Below, piece by piece: positions 43,714 through 53,412 of a DNA stretch of 64,000 nucleotides. The translations under genes and the position numbers were made by a program. The notes below the pieces were generated by a model that did no database searches, was not told the origin of the DNA, and worked only from the letters and a program-made list of their open reading frames with translations. Origin of the DNA: an uncultured Verrucomicrobiae bacterium (GTDB lineage Bacteria; Verrucomicrobiota; Verrucomicrobiia; Opitutales; JABDGR01). The stretch covers positions 1,312,001 through 1,376,000 of the forward strand of contig CAVXVB010000009.1 in NCBI GenBank assembly GCA_963765205.1. Reading direction: 5' to 3'. How positions within the stretch are numbered: position 1 is the first letter of the stretch; each line of letters starts with the position of its first letter.

Positions 43714-45347
43714 GGTTGGCTTATGGCTGGAGGAATTTTATTGACGTAGTGAATCGTGGCAGGAAGGGATTCAGCGGTGGGGTGCATGGGGAGGGTCAGT
43801 GGCTGGTCACCGCACCGCACGGTGGTGGCCTGCTTGATGTGGTTGCCGTTTTCGCGGTTGATTTCGACCACCAGGTCGTAGTTGCCCTGGGGAACCGGAG
43901 CGCCCTTGTCATCCTTGCCGTCCCAAACAATGGCATACTGGCCGTCGGCGCGGGTGGCCCGCGTGATGGATTGGACATAGCGGGCGTTGGCGGCCTCGGC
44001 GGCCCGGCCAAATTCCCCCCACCAGTTGCTCAATTCCGGCAGGTATTTCAGGTCGGTGCCCCAGATGCTAAGATTACGTATTACGTTATGTTTTTCGTCC
44101 TCGATCCAGACGGCGATATAAGGGTGGTGGGCCCCGCCGCCGCTGGTGTTGCGCAGAGTAAGGTAAAAGTAAACTTGAAAGTCCCTGGGCCAGGGGCCGG
44201 TGGGTGCCGGTTCAGCAGGGGTTGTTTTTGCGCCGGGGGATGGGGCGGTGGAGGAGGGGCTGGCGGGCGCGGAGGACTTGTCCGCCACGGCGGACGGGAG
44301 GTTGGCGATGGGGGCAAGGGGGATGGGTGCGGAGGAGTTGGACCCACCGGGTGCGGCGACGGCCAGGAACACAGGGCTGGCGTGAATACCGCCGGCCGCA
44401 TCCATCATGAGGCAGGCACGGGCTTGGCGCAGGGCGAGTTGCATGCCTTCGTGCGGCCCGAGCACACAGGCGGCCGTGGAAAGGGCGTTGGCGGAAAGGC
44501 AATCCGACGCGCTGACGGTAGCGCTTACCCAAGGCGGGGTCGCCCACTGGGTGCGTGGGTCAATGACGTGGGAGAAGCGTTGGCCGGCAATTTCGAAAAA
44601 GCGGAGGTAGCCGCCGCTGGTGGCGATGGCGGCGTCGCGCAATTCGATTTGGGCCAGGAGCGGCGCGTTGTCAGCGGGTTGGCGCGGGTCGGCGACGCCG
44701 ATAAGCCAGGAACGGTCGCCCCAAGTGCGAAGGTCGCCGCCGATATTTAACAAGCCTTCCGATGCGGTCTGGCGGGCGATGGCGACGGCGCGGTCAATAA
44801 TGTAGCCTTTGCCCAAGGCATCCACATTGAAGGCTTTGGGCGCATGCGCGGCGGCAAGCAGCGCAGCGCGATCCGGCAGTTGCCCGGTTCGCGCGGCGTC
44901 CTTCCAGAGCTGAATGACGTGCGCCAGGTGGACGTTAAGCGCGCCCCCGGTCACTTCGCTCCAGTGGCGGTAGGCGGCGAAAACCTCCTCCAGTTCCGGC
45001 GAAACAGCAACCGAAGCGTTGGCCCGAAAGCGGCTGATTTCGCTCGCGGGATCGTAGGTGCTCAAGATGCGTCGCAGGCGCTCGATCTCGCCGAGGACTT
45101 GCTGCTCGCAGATCCGGGCTTCGTCCGGGCGCGCGGTGTGGACCATCAGCTCCAGCGAGGTGCCCAGCACGCCATCGCGCCGGAAGAGAAAATGGCCGGC
45201 GGAAATCCGGCGGGGAGGCAAAACCGGCGCAAGATTGTGTGGCGGTGCTGCGAGGAGGGCACGTGCTTGGTTGGCCGGCAACGCCGCCAGCCCGAGGGCG
45301 GATACGCAGATCACTTGCCGAAGATAAGGGGGGTGCCTTGGGTTCAT
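43710..45347 (-). CDS. FAD:protein FMN transferase (ApbE) fused to DUF2271
   Basis: LGKGYIID, NIGGDL, ATSGGY, SHVIDPRT, ANALST (ApbE); PYIAVWIED...ITRATR...WDGKDDKG...EINRENG (DUF2271). Confidence 0.85.
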   Translation of the reverse strand: MNPRHPPYLRQVICVSALGLAALPANQARALLAAPPHNLAPVLPPRRISAGHFLFRRDGVLGTSLELMVHTARPDEARICEQQVLGEIERLRRILSTYDPASEISRFRANASVAVSPELEEVFAAYRHWSEVTGGALNVHLAHVIQLWKDAARTGQLPDRAALLAAAHAPKAFNVDALGKGYIIDRAVAIARQTASEGLLNIGGDLRTWGDRSWLIGVADPRQPADNAPLLAQIELRDAAIATSGGYLRFFEIAGQRFSHVIDPRTQWATPPWVSATVSASDCLSANALSTAACVLGPHEGMQLALRQARACLMMDAAGGIHASPVFLAVAAPGGSNSSAPIPLAPIANLPSAVADKSSAPASPSSTAPSPGAKTTPAEPAPTGPWPRDFQVYFYLTLRNTSGGGAHHPYIAVWIEDEKHNVIRNLSIWGTDLKYLPELSNWWGEFGRAAEAANARYVQSITRATRADGQYAIVWDGKDDKGAPVPQGNYDLVVEINRENGNHIKQATTVRCGDQPLTLPMHPTAESLPATIHYVNKIPPAISQP

Positions 45348-45458
45348 CTAAAGCTGGGGGATAGTCGGCTTTAGTTCAGTTTTACGACCGCGGCAAGGAT
45401 TTGCATCCAAAAAAAGATGCGGGGAAGGAATTTCGCGCCAGCCGGGCCGGAATCCCGT

Positions 45459-45902
45459 TTACTTGTGCTTCAATTCCTCGAACCGCTCGCGGCGCTCCTG
45501 TCGGAAATTCGTGACCTCGAGACGAACACCGTCGGGGTCGGAAAAGAAAATCGCATAATAGTCGGGCGCATATTCCGGGTAAAGTTGGGGAACGGAACAG
45601 TCCACCTTGTGCTCCGCAAACTGCCGGGCGATGGCATCTATATCGGCACAGCTTTCGACGCGGAAGCAGAAGTGGTGCAGGCCGGGTGCGAAAGGATTAT
45701 GTTGGGAATGGCCGAGATGCGCAGGGCGGAGGACAAATCCAAAATGCCGGTTGTAATACTGGATGTGGTGCTCGCCTTCGTTGATAAACGTGTTTTTATG
45801 GAAACCCAGGATGCCCATGACGCGGTCGTAAAATACTTCCGAGCGATGGAGGTCGGAAACGGCCAGATAGATATGGTCGATGCCGATAGTCTCAATGCTC
45901 AT
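45459..45902 (-). CDS. VOC/glyoxalase family protein
   Basis: IDHIYLAVSDL, GLHHFCF, YYAIFFSDPDGVRLE. Confidence 0.9.
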   Translation of the reverse strand: MSIETIGIDHIYLAVSDLHRSEVFYDRVMGILGFHKNTFINEGEHHIQYYNRHFGFVLRPAHLGHSQHNPFAPGLHHFCFRVESCADIDAIARQFAEHKVDCSVPQLYPEYAPDYYAIFFSDPDGVRLEVTNFRQERRERFEELKHK

Positions 45903-46040
45903 GATTGGCCTCCAGTGTCTGATCCGGCACATGCTAAAAAAGATTCCCGCTTCGCCAAAACTCATCAAGGCGCAATCCAGAGGATGCGAATTCCGCCAGG
46001 CAACTTTAGCCCAGGCGGCGGGACCGGCCCACGCCACAGC

Positions 46041-47438
46041 TCAAATGTCCGCGAGACGACCGGTGGAATCGCCAAACCGGGCCACGTCCTTGATGCCGAC
46101 GCGGTCCATCATGCTGAGGTAAAGGTTGGTGATGGGCGTGGGGTCATGCTGGACGTAGCGACCGGTGTTGAGGGTGCCGCCGCCGGCGCCCGCGAGGATG
46201 AGGGGGAGGTTGACGTGGGTGTGCTGGTTCCCATCGGCATTGCCGCCGCCGTAGAGAATCTGTGAGTTGTGGAGGAGCGATTGGCCATCCACGTCCTTCG
46301 TGTTGTCCATTTTTTCGAGGAAGTAGGCGAGCTGGGTGGCATACCATACGTCAATCTGCGTGACTTTCTCGATAAGCTCGGGCTTGTTGCCGTGGTGGGA
46401 GAGGCTGTGGTGGCCTTCGGGGATGCCGATTTCCTTGAAGTCGCGGTTGTTGCCGTCACCCGAGAGGATCAAGGTCGCAATGCGGGTGCTGTCCGTCTGG
46501 AAGGTCAGGTGCAGCATGTCGAGCATGATGCGGACATATTCCGTAAAACTTTCGGGGATTCCGGCCGGGGCGTCGGCGTCGGGCTGGGGCATGCTGGCGC
46601 GGTGTTGTTCCGCGTTGACGATCCGTTGCTCGATTTCGCGCAGGCCGGTGAGGTATTCGTCGAGTTTTTCCTGGTCCCGGCCGGACAGTTCGCGTTGGAG
46701 GGCGTTGGTGTCATCCTGGACGAAATCGAGGATGGAGTGTTGTTGCTGCTGGCGTCGGGCGAGATTTTGCGCGCGCTGGTCGCGCGGGCCGGCGCCAAAG
46801 AGGCGTTCGAAGAGGAGGCGGGGATTGTCTTCGGGGGTGAGGGGGGTGGTGGGGGAACTCCAGGCGAGGTTATGCTGGTAAACGCAGGCGTAGCCGGTGT
46901 CGCAGGCGCCGGTGTTCTGGATGGTGTCGCAGGTGAGTTCGAGCGAGCGGAAGGGGGTAATCATGCCGAGTTGCTGGGCCATGACCTGGTCGGCGGAGAT
47001 GCCGGCATGGAAGTCCGCGCCACCGGTTTTCTTGATGCGAACGCCGGTGAGAAAGGTGCCGTTGGCGCGGGCATGGTCGCCACCGCCGTCCGCTCCCGCC
47101 ATGGCGGAGAGGTCGGTCAAGCCACCGATGACCTGGATTTTGTCCTTAACCTTGGCCAGGGGCTGCATGGTGCGGTTAAGGACGTAATCCTTGCCTTCGC
47201 CAGTGGGCCACCAGGCGGCGGGAATCGCGCCATTGGGGAAATAGAGGAAAGCGGTGCGAAGGGGAGCACCGGTAGGGGTGGTGGCCAGCAGCGGTGCGCC
47301 GGAGGCAACGGAGGCCGCACCCAGGCGACGGGGAAGCAGGGATTCCATGGTCGGCAGGGCCAGGCAAACCCCGAGGCCGCGGAGGAAACGACGGCGGCTG
47401 AGACGTTGGGCGGCGGCGCTAGGGAGGCGTGGGGACAT
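46041..47438 (-). CDS. DUF1552 domain protein, Tat-exported
   Basis: LSRRRFLRGLGVCLALP, YFPNG, ISADQ, NPRLLFERLFG, HHSLSHH, LPLILAG. Confidence 0.88.
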   Translation of the reverse strand: MSPRLPSAAAQRLSRRRFLRGLGVCLALPTMESLLPRRLGAASVASGAPLLATTPTGAPLRTAFLYFPNGAIPAAWWPTGEGKDYVLNRTMQPLAKVKDKIQVIGGLTDLSAMAGADGGGDHARANGTFLTGVRIKKTGGADFHAGISADQVMAQQLGMITPFRSLELTCDTIQNTGACDTGYACVYQHNLAWSSPTTPLTPEDNPRLLFERLFGAGPRDQRAQNLARRQQQQHSILDFVQDDTNALQRELSGRDQEKLDEYLTGLREIEQRIVNAEQHRASMPQPDADAPAGIPESFTEYVRIMLDMLHLTFQTDSTRIATLILSGDGNNRDFKEIGIPEGHHSLSHHGNKPELIEKVTQIDVWYATQLAYFLEKMDNTKDVDGQSLLHNSQILYGGGNADGNQHTHVNLPLILAGAGGGTLNTGRYVQHDPTPITNLYLSMMDRVGIKDVARFGDSTGRLADI

Positions 47439-49998
47439 GGGCGGGGGTGGTTTGGGTTAGCTGGCTGGAGGCCGGGGAGTCGGTCTTCAAAGGGTTGGCG
47501 AGGGGGCGGCGTTCTTGAAAGGGGGCGGACTCGATGACGCCCAGCAACAGCGCGGAAAAGCGGCCATCCGCATGGTCGAGGCGATCCACAATTTTGTCAA
47601 TGGTAGGCACATCGTAATACTCCATTCCGCGTCCGACAGCATAGGTAAGCAGTTTTTCGGTCAAAGTGCGATAAAATTCCTCGCGGTGGTTGGTGACGAG
47701 AATATGCTTCAATTCGGCGATATTTTGGAAGGATTCGCCGGTGGAGAGGGTGCCGGTGGCGTCAATGGGCAGGCTCAGTTCCTGCGTCCGGTAAAGGCCG
47801 AGGGCATTGAAATTTTCCAAGGCGAGGCCGAGCGGGTCCATGCGGTCGTGGCAGGAGGCGCAGAGGGGGTTCTGGCGGTGAAGGGCGAGGACCTCGCGCT
47901 GCGTGGGGGTGTGATCCGTGGCCAGCTTGGCGGCGTCTTCGAGGGGGGGGATATTGGGCGGGGGCGGGGGCGCGGGGGCACCGAGGATGTTTTCCAGAAT
48001 CCATTTGCCGCGCTTGACGGGCGAGGTGCGGGTGGGGTTGGAAGTCATGAGCAGGGTGCTGGCCATCGTGAGGACGCCGCCGCCACGCGGGTTGGTGGGC
48101 GGCAGTTCCACTTTGCGGAATTCCGGCCCGGTGACGGAGCCGGGGGGCAGGCCATCGTCCGTGTAATAGTTGGCGAGGGTTTCGTTGCGAAACGCATAGT
48201 TGCTATCCAGCAGTTCGAGGATGCTGCGGTCGTTGTGAACGACGTAACCGAAATAGGCCATGGTTTCCTGCTGGATGGCGGCGCGCAAGTCGGGGGTTAA
48301 CTGCCGCTTGAATTGGAACCCCTCGCGGGCCAGAATCTCCGGCGCATTGATGGGCAGGTCGGGCAGGTCGCGGGATTGGAGCCACTGCCCGGCAAAATTG
48401 TCCACGAAGGCCTCGCTGCGCGGGTCGGCCAACATGCGTTGAACCTGGGCCTCAAGGTGGTTGCGCAATTGGCCGGTGCCGGCGAGTTGGAGCAGTTCGT
48501 CATCCGGCAGAGTTGACCAGAGGAAATAAGAAAGACGGGAGGCGAGGCTGTATTCGTCCAACTGGGCAAACGGCTGGCCCGGCGCGGGCGGGGTGGCGCT
48601 TTCGATGTGGAAGAGGAACCGCGGCGTGGCCAGGACGGCAGCCATCGCGCGGGAAACGCCGGCCTCGAAAGTGCCGCCGGGTTGGGAATAAGATTTCTCG
48701 GCCACGTCCACGAGGCCGTTGACGAGGGTATCGCTGGCGGGACGGCGGAAGGCCTTGGTGGCGAAAGCGGCGAGAATTTCGCGGGCGTATTGGCGGCGGC
48801 CGGCGGCGTCGGCAGGAGGGACATCGCGGGGAAAGAAGCGCGCATAATTGGGCGCATGGGGCCAGTCCTTCGGGTCGAGCGGACCTTCGACTGTGACCGA
48901 GCTGACTTTGAAGTCCATTTTAGTGTGATTGGACCGCATATCGGGGAGCAGGGGCTGCAATTCGAAGGATACCTGGTGCGTGCCCTTTTCCCAGTGGACG
49001 ACATAATCGTCGCTGTAAAATTCACAATCATACCATACATAGCCATGCTCCGCGACTTCCTGGCCATCGGATTTGACGATGACGGTGCATTGGGCCGGGT
49101 CATAGGCGGCGGTTCCGTCCACTTCCATCTCGGCCTTGATGTGATAATCGCCGGCGGCGATGGCTTGGTAAGTGTGGGTGACTTCCTGTGGAGTGTAAAA
49201 ATCCATGAAATCACCCGGCTTGTGTCCAATCTTGGTGAGGTCTTTGGCCGGAGGAGACTCGAGGAATTCCTTGCCCCAATAAGTTTGGACGGGGAGGGCG
49301 TAAGTGGTGGCCGGGACGGCGCGGTCCACAATGGTTTGCGCGGCCTGGAGGAATTTCTCGAGGCGCATGGGCGAGATGGTGAGCACGTCGCCGATGTCGT
49401 CAAAGCCGTAGCCGGTGTCATCAGGCGGGAATTCGACATTGACATCGAAGTCCACGCCCAGGAGGTCTTTGATGGTATTGTGATATTCAGTACGATTGAG
49501 TCGGCGAAGGGTGACGCGGCCCGGGTCAAGGTTGTCCGGGTCTATGCCAAAGGCGGAGAACTTAATCCAGTTGTCGAGGGTGGCCTGGTCCTGGGCGGAG
49601 AGGCGGGGGTTGCCGCCGGCAGGCATGATGCCGGAGCGGGTGTTCTTGAGCACCTTGAGCCAGAGGTCGGGATTGTGGAGAATTTGGTCCTCGGTCTTCA
49701 ATTGGTCAAAGGCCACGCCGGCGCGGCTTTCGCCGTTGCCGTGGCAGTCATAGCAATTGTCCTTCAAAATGGGTTCGATGACTTGGTGAAAAGTGGCGAG
49801 GGCGGGATTGACGGGGGGCGCGCTGGGAGCAGTCGCGGCGGGGGTTTTAATGGGCGCAGGGGCGGAAATTGGGGTAATTTTGTCTTGGTTCTGGATGCAG
49901 CCCGCGAGCAGCGCGCCCAGGCCCACGGCCACCGCGCCGCCAGCCGCCCACGCGAGCCAGCGCATCTTGCCACGATGGAGGGGGAGTTTCATCACCAA
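47419..49998 (-). CDS. DUF1592/DUF1588-type (PSCyt) cytochrome c lipoprotein
   Basis: Lipobox LLAGC; two CxxCH motifs (CYDCH, CASCH); RRLNRTEY, ASRLSYFLWS, TSPVKRGKWIL, LLTYAVGR. Confidence 0.88.
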   Translation of the reverse strand: MVMKLPLHRGKMRWLAWAAGGAVAVGLGALLAGCIQNQDKITPISAPAPIKTPAATAPSAPPVNPALATFHQVIEPILKDNCYDCHGNGESRAGVAFDQLKTEDQILHNPDLWLKVLKNTRSGIMPAGGNPRLSAQDQATLDNWIKFSAFGIDPDNLDPGRVTLRRLNRTEYHNTIKDLLGVDFDVNVEFPPDDTGYGFDDIGDVLTISPMRLEKFLQAAQTIVDRAVPATTYALPVQTYWGKEFLESPPAKDLTKIGHKPGDFMDFYTPQEVTHTYQAIAAGDYHIKAEMEVDGTAAYDPAQCTVIVKSDGQEVAEHGYVWYDCEFYSDDYVVHWEKGTHQVSFELQPLLPDMRSNHTKMDFKVSSVTVEGPLDPKDWPHAPNYARFFPRDVPPADAAGRRQYAREILAAFATKAFRRPASDTLVNGLVDVAEKSYSQPGGTFEAGVSRAMAAVLATPRFLFHIESATPPAPGQPFAQLDEYSLASRLSYFLWSTLPDDELLQLAGTGQLRNHLEAQVQRMLADPRSEAFVDNFAGQWLQSRDLPDLPINAPEILAREGFQFKRQLTPDLRAAIQQETMAYFGYVVHNDRSILELLDSNYAFRNETLANYYTDDGLPPGSVTGPEFRKVELPPTNPRGGGVLTMASTLLMTSNPTRTSPVKRGKWILENILGAPAPPPPPNIPPLEDAAKLATDHTPTQREVLALHRQNPLCASCHDRMDPLGLALENFNALGLYRTQELSLPIDATGTLSTGESFQNIAELKHILVTNHREEFYRTLTEKLLTYAVGRGMEYYDVPTIDKIVDRLDHADGRFSALLLGVIESAPFQERRPLANPLKTDSPASSQLTQTTPAHVPTPP

Positions 49999-50019
49999 GG
50001 GTAAGTAGGAAGCGCAATT

Positions 50020-50919
50020 TCAGTTGGATTTGGGCGCCAGGGCAACCCGGAATCCCAAAATGCTGGAGACAAAAATTCCGGATCCGCCGCCAATCCCACC
50101 GGGGGCGGCGCTATAGCGGGCGGCGGAACGGCCATAGCGGGCCGCGAGATACCAGGAGCCGCCGCGCTGGACGCGATACGGCCCCTTCACGCCTAGCGGA
50201 TCAGTGACCGGGCCTGCCGGATACGGGCCGTATTTGTCCGCGCACCATTCGCGCACGTTGCCGTGCATGTCGTAAAGCCCCCAGGCGTTGGGCTTTTTTT
50301 GGCCCACCGGATGGGTGGAACCGGCGCTGTTTTTGTCATACCAAGTCATCTCCTCCAAGTCCCCCGCATAGGGTGTGGTGGTGCCCGCGCGGCAGGCATA
50401 TTCCCATTGGGCTTCGGTGGGGAGTTGAAACGCGTAACCGGCCGGCAGCCGGCCGGCGGCCTGCTCCTGGTCGGTCAACTTCTGGCAAAACGCCGCCGCA
50501 TCGTCCCAGGAAACACATTCCACCGGCAAATTTGGGTCCGTATGAAACGCGCTCGGATTGGCGCCGGTAAGCGCCTGATATTGCGCCTGGGTGACGGGAA
50601 ATTTCCCCAGCCAGAAATCCTTGGAAATCGTCACCGCATGTTGCGGGCCTTCGTCGAGCAAGCGACCGGCTTCGGAGTCCGGGCTGCCCATGGTAAAGGT
50701 GCCGGCTTTGATGGGCGCAAGATCCAGTGTGACCTGTCCCGGCAAGGGCACGGTGCAAAGCTGGCCGGGCTTCGGTGGCGAAGCGGCCGGGGTCGCCGCG
50801 GCCGCCACAGGTGCGGCCTCCGCCGCCTGGCTCGACGGCACCCCTTGCCCCACCAACAAAACGCCCAGCACCCCAAGCAACAGGATGAGGGAAAGTTTAT
50901 TCTTTATGGGGTGGCGCAT
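50020..50919 (-). CDS. Formylglycine-generating enzyme (SUMF1/FGE-sulfatase) domain protein
   Basis: GTFTMGS, LPTEAQWEYACRAG, NAWGLYDMHGNVREW, RGGSW, GFRV; signal peptide. Confidence 0.9.
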   Translation of the reverse strand: MRHPIKNKLSLILLLGVLGVLLVGQGVPSSQAAEAAPVAAAATPAASPPKPGQLCTVPLPGQVTLDLAPIKAGTFTMGSPDSEAGRLLDEGPQHAVTISKDFWLGKFPVTQAQYQALTGANPSAFHTDPNLPVECVSWDDAAAFCQKLTDQEQAAGRLPAGYAFQLPTEAQWEYACRAGTTTPYAGDLEEMTWYDKNSAGSTHPVGQKKPNAWGLYDMHGNVREWCADKYGPYPAGPVTDPLGVKGPYRVQRGGSWYLAARYGRSAARYSAAPGGIGGGSGIFVSSILGFRVALAPKSN

Positions 50920-51342
50920 TTTCAGTTCGGCTCGGGATGCAAGGGAAAACCAGACAAATTTCCCGGCCCTCTTTCAAGCCTTAAAATGGCGGCCCCGGCC
51001 CGGCCAACCTATTCAGCCTTTAGGCAAATGTGTAAATGGCTACACCCCCCAGCGCCTCTACATTCCGCCCAAACACAAACGCTCTTCCGATAAAACCGGG
51101 ATGTCATCAGCGACCATCGCCGGGCGGGCGATTGGCGCGCCGGGCACTAATATTTTACGGGGAAAATCATCAAACAACACTGTGACCCGCACGCTCGGCT
51201 GCGGAATTGACCCGACCCTTTTCCAGAGCGGAAATCGTGGCAAATCAGTCCTTGCGGACAACAGCGGATTTCCGTGGAGTTTGTTTAAGTTTGTTGGATT
51301 ATTCTTGCCTTTTAAAATTTAACTTACAGATTATAAATAGAT

Positions 51343-51413
51343 TGCGGGCAGGTGGAATCGAACCACCGAGATCAGTTTGGAAAACTGAAGTTTTGCCACT
51401 AAACTATGCCCGC
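51343..51413 (-). tRNA. tRNA-Gly(TCC); CCA not encoded
   Basis: GCGGGCA TA GTTT AGTGGCA AAAC T TCAGT TTTCCAA ACTGA TCTC GGTGG TTCGATT CCACC TGCCCGC A: fully paired cloverleaf. Confidence 0.92.
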
Positions 51414-51525
51414 GAACTGGCTGGCTTTACTTTTGGAGATTTGATCGCCGAGGTCAAGCCTGCGCGGGACGGAGGCACCCTACCCTTAGGGAAATGCTTT
51501 CGATCTGTTTTCCGCGTTTCAATTT

Positions 51526-51591
51526 AACCACAGATTGCCCGGACAGCACTGATGCACGAGAGTATCTGAGCCATCTGTGCAATCCGTGGTT
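51526..51591. repeat. Inverted 9-mer repeat element (AACCAC...GTGGTT termini)
   Basis: AACCACAGATTGCCCGGACAGCACTGAT...ATCTGAGCCATCTGTGCAATCCGTGGTT. Confidence 0.75.
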
Positions 51592-51604
51592 TCAACCTCG
51601 GCTT

Positions 51605-52903
51605 TTAGATTTTCGCCAGCCGCCGGACGGTGGCGGCGATGACGCGCCGGGCGTCGGCTTCGTCAATGACCACATCGAGGCCGGGTTGCGGCAGGATGAG
51701 GTGCTCGCCCGTCACCGGGATGCGCCCCAGCTCCGCCGTCACCAACCCGCCAAAAGTGGCGACTTCCGTGTTGGGGATGAGGACGCCGAGGGCCTGCTCG
51801 ACGTCGCGCAACGGGGCGAGGCCGGCCACGCGGAACCCGCGCCCTTCCGGGAGCGGCTTGATGAGTTTTTCCTCGGCGGTGTCGAACTCGTCTTGAATAT
51901 CGCCGACGACCTCCTCAATGAGGCGTTCGAGCGTGACGATGCCGGTGACGCCGCCGAATTCGTCCACCGCGAGGGCCATGTGCATTTTCTGGCGGAGGAG
52001 TTTTTCGAGTGCGATGGGCAGCGGCTCGGTCTGCGGCAGGCGGAGGATGTCGCGTCGCAGCGCGCGCAGGTCCACCGGGCCGGGGCTGAGACGGTAAAGG
52101 TCCTTGATGTGGATGAGGCCGAGGCAGCGGTCGAGGTCGCCGTCGCAGAGGGGAAAACGCGTGTGGCCGGAAATACGGGCGGCGACGAGGCTCGCCGTCA
52201 CGTCGCCGGCGAGGTTGAGGAAAACGATTTGGTGGCGGGGCACGAGCACGTCGGCGAGTTTGAAATCACGCGAGCGCAGCGTGTTGGCGAGGATGCCGCG
52301 CAAAAACGGCGGCAGCGCCTGGTCTTCCTCACCCATGGCACGCATCTGCACTTCGACATCGAGCAGGTTGAAGTCTTGGCGGATCTCGACGCCGAACCGG
52401 CGGAACAAGCTTAGCGAAAGCGAGCGCAAGGCGTGGCGCACCGGCTGGCTTAAAAAAGTGAACGCAAGGGCAAGACCCGCCGTGACCCGCAGCGTGGGAT
52501 AGGGCCGTGCCAACGCCACGCCGCGTGCGCAAAGGTCGCCAAAGAGATAGAGTGCGAACACGACGGCTAGAAAAATCGCCGCCGCGAGCCACCGTTCCGC
52601 GGCGTTGCCCGTCAGGCCGGGCCAGTGGCCGAAGGCGGCGTGGATGATGAGCGCGGCGGTGGCGCCCACGCCCGTCGCGCAAAACCGCAGCCCGAAACGG
52701 ATGCCGCGCGCGACCTGGTCGGCGTCGTCGAGCACGCGCGCCACGCGGCGGCGGCGGCGCGCGGCGGCCAGCGCGGGGGCGTCGGCCAGCGAATAGCGCA
52801 GCTTGACCAGGCTGAACTCGCACGCCACCAGCGCCCCATGCAGCGCGATAAGCGCAAGCATCAGCCCAAGGGCCAGCGCCAGATGAGTCCAGAGGGGGTT
52901 CAA
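51605..52903 (-). CDS. Hemolysin-family CNNM/CBS/CorC domain protein
   Basis: ACEFSLVKLR TM domain, GHTRFPL, AVDEFGGVTGIVTLERLIEEVVGDIQDEFD, TFGGLV. Confidence 0.9.
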   Translation of the reverse strand: MNPLWTHLALALGLMLALIALHGALVACEFSLVKLRYSLADAPALAAARRRRRVARVLDDADQVARGIRFGLRFCATGVGATAALIIHAAFGHWPGLTGNAAERWLAAAIFLAVVFALYLFGDLCARGVALARPYPTLRVTAGLALAFTFLSQPVRHALRSLSLSLFRRFGVEIRQDFNLLDVEVQMRAMGEEDQALPPFLRGILANTLRSRDFKLADVLVPRHQIVFLNLAGDVTASLVAARISGHTRFPLCDGDLDRCLGLIHIKDLYRLSPGPVDLRALRRDILRLPQTEPLPIALEKLLRQKMHMALAVDEFGGVTGIVTLERLIEEVVGDIQDEFDTAEEKLIKPLPEGRGFRVAGLAPLRDVEQALGVLIPNTEVATFGGLVTAELGRIPVTGEHLILPQPGLDVVIDEADARRVIAATVRRLAKI

Positions 52904-52909
52904 GGGAGA

Positions 52910-53155
52910 TTAAAGTTCAAGTTTTTGGATCAGCGCTTCGACTGTCAAACGATGATGTTCGGCAACCGGTTTGAGTACTCCCCGAAGAAGCGTGCCGGTC
53001 TTGAGTGGCCGGTGATTGGGCACGGTAACGTGATGGGTGCCGTTGACCAGAGTGGTCAACCGGATATGCGACCCGTCCTGCCGCACGCGTTCGTAGCCCA
53101 AGACGCGCAAGGCCCGGGCCAAGTCGGCACCGTTAACCTGACGCGGCGTTTTCAC
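52910..53155 (-). CDS. HicA-family toxin
   Basis: LGYERVRQDGSHIRL...VTVPNH...LKTGTL. Confidence 0.88.
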   Translation of the reverse strand: MKTPRQVNGADLARALRVLGYERVRQDGSHIRLTTLVNGTHHVTVPNHRPLKTGTLLRGVLKPVAEHHRLTVEALIQKLEL

Positions 53156-53370
53156 ACCGCCAGCACCTCATCGCGCACAAAATGCAAACGGATGACACGG
53201 GGCATTTCTCCCACCACGCCGTCGCCAAAGTGGCATTGCACGGCGTCCCGCACCATGTCCCGCAACTCCTCAAGCGTTTCGCCTTGCGTGGCGATGGCGT
53301 GGCCCAGCGCGGTGGCCACGTAGCCGCCGTCCGTCTCGTCTTCGGTCACCTCGAAGATGATTTCACTCAT
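53152..53370 (-). CDS. HicB-like short antitoxin
   Basis: DGGYVA...IATQGETLEELRDMVRDAV; stop overlaps the toxin start. Confidence 0.8.
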   Translation of the reverse strand: MSEIIFEVTEDETDGGYVATALGHAIATQGETLEELRDMVRDAVQCHFGDGVVGEMPRVIRLHFVRDEVLAV

Positions 53371-53412
53371 AAGTTAAGGCTATGCTACCAGCGCGCGTTG
53401 GGCAAGCCAGTT

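Noticed and set aside
35421..51343. Prophage or ICE call for the tRNA-bracketed block
   Set aside because: No integrase, relaxase, conjugation or phage genes are visible.
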